DNA of 64,000 nt, taken from positions 12,272 to 76,271 of the forward strand of contig CAVTUQ010000017.1 in NCBI GenBank assembly GCA_963737905.1. The letters are read 5' to 3'. Positions 59,415 to 64,000 of this stretch are shown here, piece by piece (position 1 is the stretch's first letter; every line of letters begins with the position of its first letter). The DNA is from an uncultured delta proteobacterium. Lineage in GTDB: Bacteria > Desulfobacterota > Binatia > UBA9968. The translations under genes and the position numbers were made by a program. Under the pieces are notes generated by a model. It worked only from the letters and a program-made list of their open reading frames with translations, did no database searches and was not told the origin of the DNA.

Positions 59415-60737
59415 TCAATTCGCCTGCGCCGGCGACCGCCGCCGCCAGACAAAATAAACCGGGATTCCCGCTGCCACAATCAAAAACCCCGGCCATGTAT
59501 AGCGCGGCTTCTCGACCAGCAGGCAAATCTCGAGCAACACCGTAAAGACCAGGTACAGCGCCGGCACGAGCGGATACCCCGGTGCGCGATAAGGCCGCTC
59601 GGCGTCCGGCCACTGCCGCCGGAACACGAACAGGGTCGCAATCGCCATGGCGTAAAAAATCAGTACCGCGGCAACGATGTAGTCGAGCAGATCACTATAG
59701 GTCCCCGTCACCGTCAGCACGCTCGCCCAGACGCCCTGCAGCATCAGGGCCGCATTCGGCGTATAGGTCCGCGGGTGCAGCTCGCCCAGCCGCTCGAAAA
59801 ACAGGCCGTCCCGCGCCATCGCGTAATAGACGCGCGGATAGGCAAGAATCAACCCGTTGTTGCAGCCAAACGTCGAGATCATGATCGCCGTCGCCATCAG
59901 GTAGCCGCCCAGCGGACCCAGCACCATCTCCGCCGACGCCGCCCCGACGCGATCTCGGCGGCATGCTGAATGCCGCGCGCCAGAACCGTCGCGCCGTCCG
60001 CAACGCCGTTCAAAGGCAGCGTGGCCAAATACGTAAAGTTGTCAGCATGTAGAGCGTCATCACGATACCCGCGCCCAAGCCAGCGACAGCGGCACATTGC
60101 GCCGCGGGTTGATGGTCTCGGCGGCCGTGAACGTCGAGTTCTCCCACGCCGTGGACGCAAACAGCGGCCCAACCATCGCCACCGCAATCGCCACCAGCGT
60201 GGCGGGCCCCCAATCGAGATTCCGCCACATGTTTTCGAAATTCGACGCTCACCGCCGTAGGGTTGCGCCCAATCGTCAGCCCCAGCCCGATCAACCCGAT
60301 GACCGCCCCGGTTTTCGCGAAGGTGAACACGTTCTGCACCATGGCACCCGTCCGCACCCCGCGCATGTTGACCAGGTCAGCAGCGCGATCGAAACGATCG
60401 CCAGCAGATTCTGAGCATTGAGCCCGATCGAATACGACCCCAAGACGCCGAATTTCCAGATCCAGTTCGTCGAAGAAAACCAGGGAAAGAAAACGCCGGT
60501 GAACTTGGCGAAAGCGACGGCGACCACGGCAATCGTCGCCGAGCCGATCACCAGGAACACGCCCCAGCCGTAAAGAAACCCCCACATCGGCCCATAGGCC
60601 TCGCGCAGGTACACGTAAACGCCGCCCGCCCGCGGCATCAGGGCGCCCAACTCGCCGATGCTGAGCGCCCCCACCATGGTCATCAGGCAGCTCAGCAGCC
60701 ACGCGATCACCAGTCCGCCGGGCGAGTCGGTCTGCCG
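59415..60737 (-). pseudogene. APC-family amino acid permease, 5'-truncated with several frameshifts
   Basis: ELGALMPRAGGVYVYLREAYG, PRVYYAMARDGLFF, RPYRAPGYP spread over several frames. Confidence 0.75.
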
Positions 60738-61000
60738 GTCTTCCGCCAACATCCTTGGCCCCACGATTGGCGGCCTCCATGAGCCCCCGGACCGCCACCG
60801 GTCATGACAGTGAAGCCGGCACGAGCTAGCCGTTCTCCAATCTCTCGGGAGAGCGGCGTGATGCGGAGAAGTTTCCCCCAGTCGTGCCGAGCCGAACACG
60901 GTAACGCAGGGTGCGAGGAAGTGAAACTTGCGGAAGCCGCCCATCAGCTCGCAAAAGATTTCAAAGGCTTTGCCCAACTCGAAACCGCGGGACTGAGGTC
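60738..61000 (-). pseudogene. LOG-family (Rossmann-fold) gene fragment
   Basis: PCVTVFGSAR and LMEAANRGAKDVGGR, cut off where the permease sequence begins. Confidence 0.65.
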
Positions 61001-61367
61001 CTTGGAGGAACCGTATCGCGTCCGCGGCCGCATCTCCGGCATTCCAAGTCACCCCAGATGCCGTAGCGTTCTGCGGCGGCTTTGCATTCTGACTCGCAAT
61101 TCGCTAGACTCGTGCATCTATGTATTCTCCCTGCCTGCTGCCGGGTGCGGCTCCAGTCTATGGCCAATGCACAGCGCAGATGGTCGTTGGTCTCCACAGC
61201 AAGGACGTATGTGCATTGTGCTCAAAAAAAACTCGGCGTCAGCGTCTTCACGATATTATTGAGTCGCGAAGGCGATGATTCGACTTAAAGAATGGGGTCT
61301 CATCATTTTGCCAGTGGTATTTCCAGGCACCACTTAATTGAATCGGCTTCCAGCACGAGGCAGTTCC

Positions 61368-61631
61368 ATGCCACAAACATTGCACGTCGAGAAACACTTT
61401 ACTGCCTCGGAAACGGTTCGCGACATCGTAATCGGAATGTCGGATGGTTTGACCGTGCCTTTCGCTCTGGCGGCAGGACTATCCGGTGCGGTGGACGCGA
61501 GCAGTGTCATCATCACGGCGGGACTAGCCGAGGTTGCAGCCGGTGCAATTGCGATGGGCTTGGGCGGTTACCTGGCGGCACGTACGGACGCCGAGCATTT
61601 CGTCTCTGAATGGGCGAGCAGCCGATTTTGA
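61368..61631 (+). pseudogene. VIT1/CCC1 iron transporter N-terminal fragment
   Basis: RDIVIGMSDGLTVPFALAAG, AGAIAMGLGGYLA; ends after about 80 aa. Confidence 0.75.
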
Positions 61632-61873
61632 GAGATTCCGGCAGCGTTTCTAAATCGGTCGTTACTCGGCATGTCCCACGCCCAGGCCTGCAAGGCGACT
61701 TGATGACGTATTCCAGGCGCAGGCATCCAAGTAGCTTTGACCTGCCGCTGGTGACAATTCGCACTTCGACGAACGTCATGCACCGACGGTATAAAGAGTG
61801 CGGCCACGCAACCAACAAGGCGACTTCGTTGCTTGAATTGACAATTGGAGATGCCGCCTGGGCAATCGAACGA

Positions 61874-63172
61874 ATGCACGAGTGCGAAGTCTGGTATCAC
61901 GTTTATCCGCTTGGCTTTCTCGGCGCCGAGCTTGAGAATCCTGCCGCGGCGAAAGTGAGGGCCCTGTCACGCATCGCCTGCCGCAGCTTGTCGATTGGCT
62001 GGACTATCTGGTGGAGCTGGGGATCACGGCGCTTACTGGTCGGCCCGGTCTTCGAGTCAGAAACGCACGGCTACGATGTGGTCGATCCATTTCGCGTGGA
62101 CCGTCGGCTGGGCACCCGGAAGACTTCGTAGCGGCTCATCGACGAGTGCCACCGGCGATCGCTCCGCGTGGGACTCGATGGCGTGTTTCACCACGTCGGC
62201 CGCCAGCATGCAAATTTTCGGACGTCTTGGCGAATCGGCAGCAGTCGGCTTGGCGAGATTGGTTCGAGATCGACTTCGAGCGGCCTGGCCCCGACGGGTT
62301 CGCTTACGGCAACTTCGAGGGACACGATCACCTCGTCAAGCTGAACCATGCCAATCCTGCCGTGCTGGACTGGGCGGTGGATGTGGCGAGGTGTTGGGTT
62401 GAGCGGGGCGTTGACGCGTTCCGCCTGGATGCGGCCTATGCGTGCCGCCGGCGTTCGTGGCCGCGTTTGCCGATCGGTCGCGGGCATTGCGGCCAGATCT
62501 GTTTCTGGTCGGCGAGGTGATCCGTGGCGACTACGTGCGGACGGTGCGCGAGATGCATCTTGTCGACCGTCACGCAATACGAGTTGTGGAAGGGCATCTG
62601 GAGCTCGCTCAACGACGGCAATTTTTTCGAGTTGGCCCACGCACTCAAACGCCATGCGGAGTTTTCGCAGCACTTTCCGCCGTGGAAGTTTGTTGGCAAC
62701 CACGACACCACGCACATCGCCACGCAGCTGGTCGACCCGCGGCAGTTGGGCCACGCGCTGGCGGTCTTGTTCACCGTGCCTGGGATCCCGGCCATCTATG
62801 CCGGCGACGAGCAGGGTGCCGACGGCCGGAAATACGATCGAGCGGGTGGCGACGCGGAAGTCCGCCGGCCGCCCCCATATCGCCCAGCCGAGCTGGCCGG
62901 CGACAGTCTTGCATATCTGGCGGCTCCACCGTGATCTGATCGCCATCCGCCGTGCCCGCCCCTGGCTGGCCACCGGCATGCTCAGCGTGACCCACGTCGA
63001 CAATCGGTCCATCATGTACGAGGTGCGTGCGAACGCAGGACGTCTGGTCGCGGTGCTGAGTACCGAGGACAAGACCGTGCGGTTAAAAATTCCTCCGGAT
63101 CTTACTGCCCTGGCTGGTCATGCCGACGCCGAACTACCGCCGCACGGTTGGGGCGTGTGGGCAACGCCGTGA
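61874..63172 (+). pseudogene. GH13 alpha-amylase family glycoside hydrolase with several frameshifts
   Basis: WYHVYPLGF, HGYD, DGVFHH, FRLDAAY, GEVI, GNHD, YAGDE motifs across frames. Confidence 0.8.
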
Positions 63173-64000
63173 AGTTTCTGCACCTGGTCCACGATGTTCA
63201 GCTCCGGCAGTTTGAGAAACGAATAGTAGAAACGGGTCTGTCTTCGAAGCATCTCAGAAATGGGATGAGTTAATGCGGTTCAGTTGTTCTCGAACCGAAA
63301 TACGGTCTTCCAATCGGTCTTAATGCTGATGACCGTTCAGCCCTGCTTCTTCGCCATGTCATGCATCGCCTGGCTCAATGCGCCGACTTTGGTGTCGAGC
63401 AAGGCGAGCTTGATCCGACTCTCGAAGCGTTGAGCGTCGTACGGAGCAAAGCCTCGTCCACGTCCGACTCGACGCGAAGCGTTACAGTCCACTGCGGCCG
63501 TACGTGGCGAACGCTGGTCACGCTCGCACGCTCTGCCACGGCAGCTGAAACACGAACATGTAGTCGGGCGAAATACAGTCCTTGCAGTCTTGGTTCAACT
63601 GCACCTCGTCATGAAGTGCCACCTGATAGTGTTGAGTTGAAGACAATGCTGATGGGTCGATACTCATACCGTACTCCGTTCCGGGTGCCATGCTGGTTAG
63701 TATTCGGAGTATCGCTGACGATCAAATGCGGCCAGTGAGCAATAACACGATTAGAATCGCACCAATTAATCCCAGCCCGCCGCTGGGAAGATAACCCCAA
63801 TTTCTACTGTGGTTCCAAGTGGGGAGCCACCCAACAGCGTCACAACTAACGATCAAGATTGTGGGAAGCATTTCGTTTTTCTCTCGGTGACAAGTGTCGG
63901 TGTTTGTTGTTGCGATCTACGGGCCTTACGTGTTACAGACTTACCGGCGGTGGATTGTTATCAATTTGTTTGACATCTTTCTCGGTGGTGATGGTCCCTC

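Noticed and set aside
60291-61052. Novel LOG-permease fusion protein
   Set aside because: Both parts are truncated and frameshifted; the junction is better explained as a chimera
63690-63950. Fungal intron-like signals (GTTAGT..GCTGAC..CAG)
   Set aside because: Only 40 nt long with no recognisable flanking exons; could be chance

Overview
Bacterial window. The gene style (many amidohydrolase_2 paralogues, orphan solute-binding proteins, LLM oxidoreductases) suggests Candidatus Binatia or a related Deltaproteobacteria-like soil organism; this is inference. Positions 1-12.6 kb and 26-58.4 kb are mostly catabolic genes. They include a protocatechuate/beta-ketoadipate (pca) cluster, a thiolase plus OB-fold pair, an ATP-grasp/alpha-E/Anbu operon and many amidohydrolases and binding proteins. 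The core, 12.7-25.8 kb, is a defence island: WYL regulator, RelE/HigB-XRE toxin-antitoxin pair, nucleotidyltransferase plus partner bracketed by 93-bp direct repeats, then a type I-C CRISPR-Cas operon (cas3-5-8c-7-4-1-2) and a 26-repeat array. The best new signal is a GTGAC-N7-GTCAC palindrome exactly 10 bp upstream of a TAGAA(T/A) -10 box, found in front of BOTH the nucleotidyltransferase gene and cas3. This matches the promoter layout of WYL activators and suggests a WYL-controlled toxin plus CRISPR regulon. Five isolated single-base frameshifts, a 509/510-bp tandem duplication and a fragmented tail after about 58.5 kb point to long-read assembly errors. No rRNA, tRNA, transposase or integrase was recognised.
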